The position numbers and the translations under genes are program-made. This document shows positions 62,927 through 64,000 of a stretch of DNA of 64,000 nucleotides, piece by piece. The DNA lies in contig JBDRPX010000006.1 in the NCBI GenBank assembly GCA_043826565.1, positions 14,456-78,455 of the forward strand, read 5' to 3'. The stretch's first letter is position 1. Every line of letters begins with the position of its first letter. Below the pieces are notes generated by a model. It was not told the DNA's origin. It did no database searches and saw nothing but the letters and a program-made list of their open reading frames with translations. Source of the DNA: Candidatus Omnitrophota bacterium. GTDB taxonomy: Bacteria > Omnitrophota > Gorgyraeia > B26-G9.

Positions 62927-64000
62927 TTAAGCTTCCTTATTTTCGTTTAAAATATAAATCTTGCTCGAACCTTGACCTGAAGTTTTAAGTAGTTTGCGTT
63001 CAACAAGCTCTTCGAGTTCCTTATCAGCTATAGGCAGGGGAACTTTAAATTTAACAACATAATCCAAACGAGTCATCTTCCCGATGTTTTTCAGATAATC
63101 CAAAGCCGCTATCTGCCTTTGGGTAAGGATCTTCCTGACATCAACTTCTTCTTTCTGTTCCGGAACAGCCGATTCAGGAACCGGTAATATCGGGCTCTTT
63201 TTCTTAGATACAGGAGAAACATCAATCTCTTCAATAATCGATCTCTTAGGCTTTATCAGAATAATATTATCATCTTTTTGGGAAGCACCCACAACTCCCA
63301 ATATCCATTCCTTAGCCGTTTCCAGGAGAATATAAACACTGGGTACAACAAAAAGAGTCAAAAATGCCGCTGTTGTCAGCCCGCCCATAACCGTCCTGGC
63401 CATGGGCGCTCTTAATTCCGCTCCTTCACCTAAGGCAAAAGCTAAAGGTAATAAACCGAAAATCGTAGTTAATGAAGTCATGAAAATCGGCCGGGCTCTC
63501 ACCTTACTGGCCTGGATAGCTGCTTCAAAAATACCCAGTCCTTTTTTTCTCGCTAAATTAATAAAATCAATAAGCAAAATTCCATTATTAACAACGATAC
63601 CTCCGAGCATTATACAACCCAAAACAACTACTACACTTAAGGGCGTCCGGGAAAAATATAGTGTCCAGCTGACTCCGATTATCGAAAGCGGAACTGTAAA
63701 CATAATAATGAACGGCTGGACCAATGATTCAAATTCCGAAGCCATGATCATATAAACAAGCACTAAGGCCAGGATCAAAGCAAATTTAAGGCTGGCAAAC
63801 GATTCATTCATTTCTTTGTTTTCACCGCCGACCTCAATGGAATAATTCTGCGGCAATTGTTCTTTGACATTAGTAATGATCTCTTCAACTTCATCAACAA
63901 CATCATTTAAAGCACGCTTATATAAATTAGCGCTGACAAACACGACTCTCTGTTTTGATTCACGCTTAATTTCCGTAGGCCCGAACCCTTTCGCTAAATA
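62927..64000 (-). CDS. RND efflux permease, 3' part (5' end beyond window), with C-terminal winged-helix extension
   Basis: Frame stays open to 64000 (YLAKGFGPTEIKRESKQR...); VYMIMASEFES, GIVVNNGILLID, RARPIFMTSLTT; extra ~130 aa after the last TM ending in a wHTH-like segment. Confidence 0.9.
   Translation of the reverse strand, partial: YLAKGFGPTEIKRESKQRVVFVSANLYKRALNDVVDEVEEIITNVKEQLPQNYSIEVGGENKEMNESFASLKFALILALVLVYMIMASEFESLVQPFIIMFTVPLSIIGVSWTLYFSRTPLSVVVVLGCIMLGGIVVNNGILLIDFINLARKKGLGIFEAAIQASKVRARPIFMTSLTTIFGLLPLAFALGEGAELRAPMARTVMGGLTTAAFLTLFVVPSVYILLETAKEWILGVVGASQKDDNIILIKPKRSIIEEIDVSPVSKKKSPILPVPESAVPEQKEEVDVRKILTQRQIAALDYLKNIGKMTRLDYVVKFKVPLPIADKELEELVERKLLKTSGQGSSKIYILNENKEA

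Noticed and set aside
1119-63755. Numerous short + strand and alternate-frame ORFs in the track (e.g. 22232-22795, 37064-37765, 43897-44412, 44982-45527)
   Set aside because: They lie antisense to or inside well-supported genes and show no recognisable motifs; treated as shadow ORFs.
1-64000. tRNA, rRNA, prophage or integrase genes
   Set aside because: No cloverleaf or T-loop signature seen in the intergenic gaps, no long non-coding stretch, and no phage or recombinase ORFs.

Overview
Bacterial chromosome segment, AT-rich and gene-dense, with nearly all genes on the minus strand (only thpR and one candidate sRNA are on +). Gene content (type IV pilus pilMNOPQ, LPS-type glycosyltransferase, a chlamydial-MOMP-like porin, split MetH, AddAB) fits a Gram-negative PVC-group organism such as Omnitrophota; this is inference, not a database result. 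Housekeeping blocks: rng-rplU-rpmA-obgE-proB-proA-nadD, pilMNOPQ, rpsO-pnp-dut-ftsK-rimO-pgsA-pgpA, panB/panE, fchA-folD-metH, addAB and two tandem RND transporters. An accessory-looking stretch at about 42.3-52.6 kb holds a lipid cluster, SdpI, RluA, a GGDEF protein, a REP-associated Y1 transposase, a response regulator, Dus and a DEAD-box helicase. I found no rRNA, tRNA or CRISPR array. Best leads: (1) a MoxR-DUF58 operon whose third gene has a ~430-residue Gly/Glu/Lys/Gln/Ser-rich disordered region in place of the usual transglutaminase domain; (2) an RND permease with a C-terminal winged-helix fusion; (3) a RAYT-type transposase carrying two inverted REP elements inside its own coding sequence, plus a solo REP 12 kb away; (4) three promoter-short transcript-terminator units (candidate sRNA or attenuators); (5) an unlisted 47-aa ERR/DRR-repeat microprotein; (6) a FolD lacking the cyclohydrolase lysine next to fchA; (7) inverted heptamer-repeat arrays between genes.
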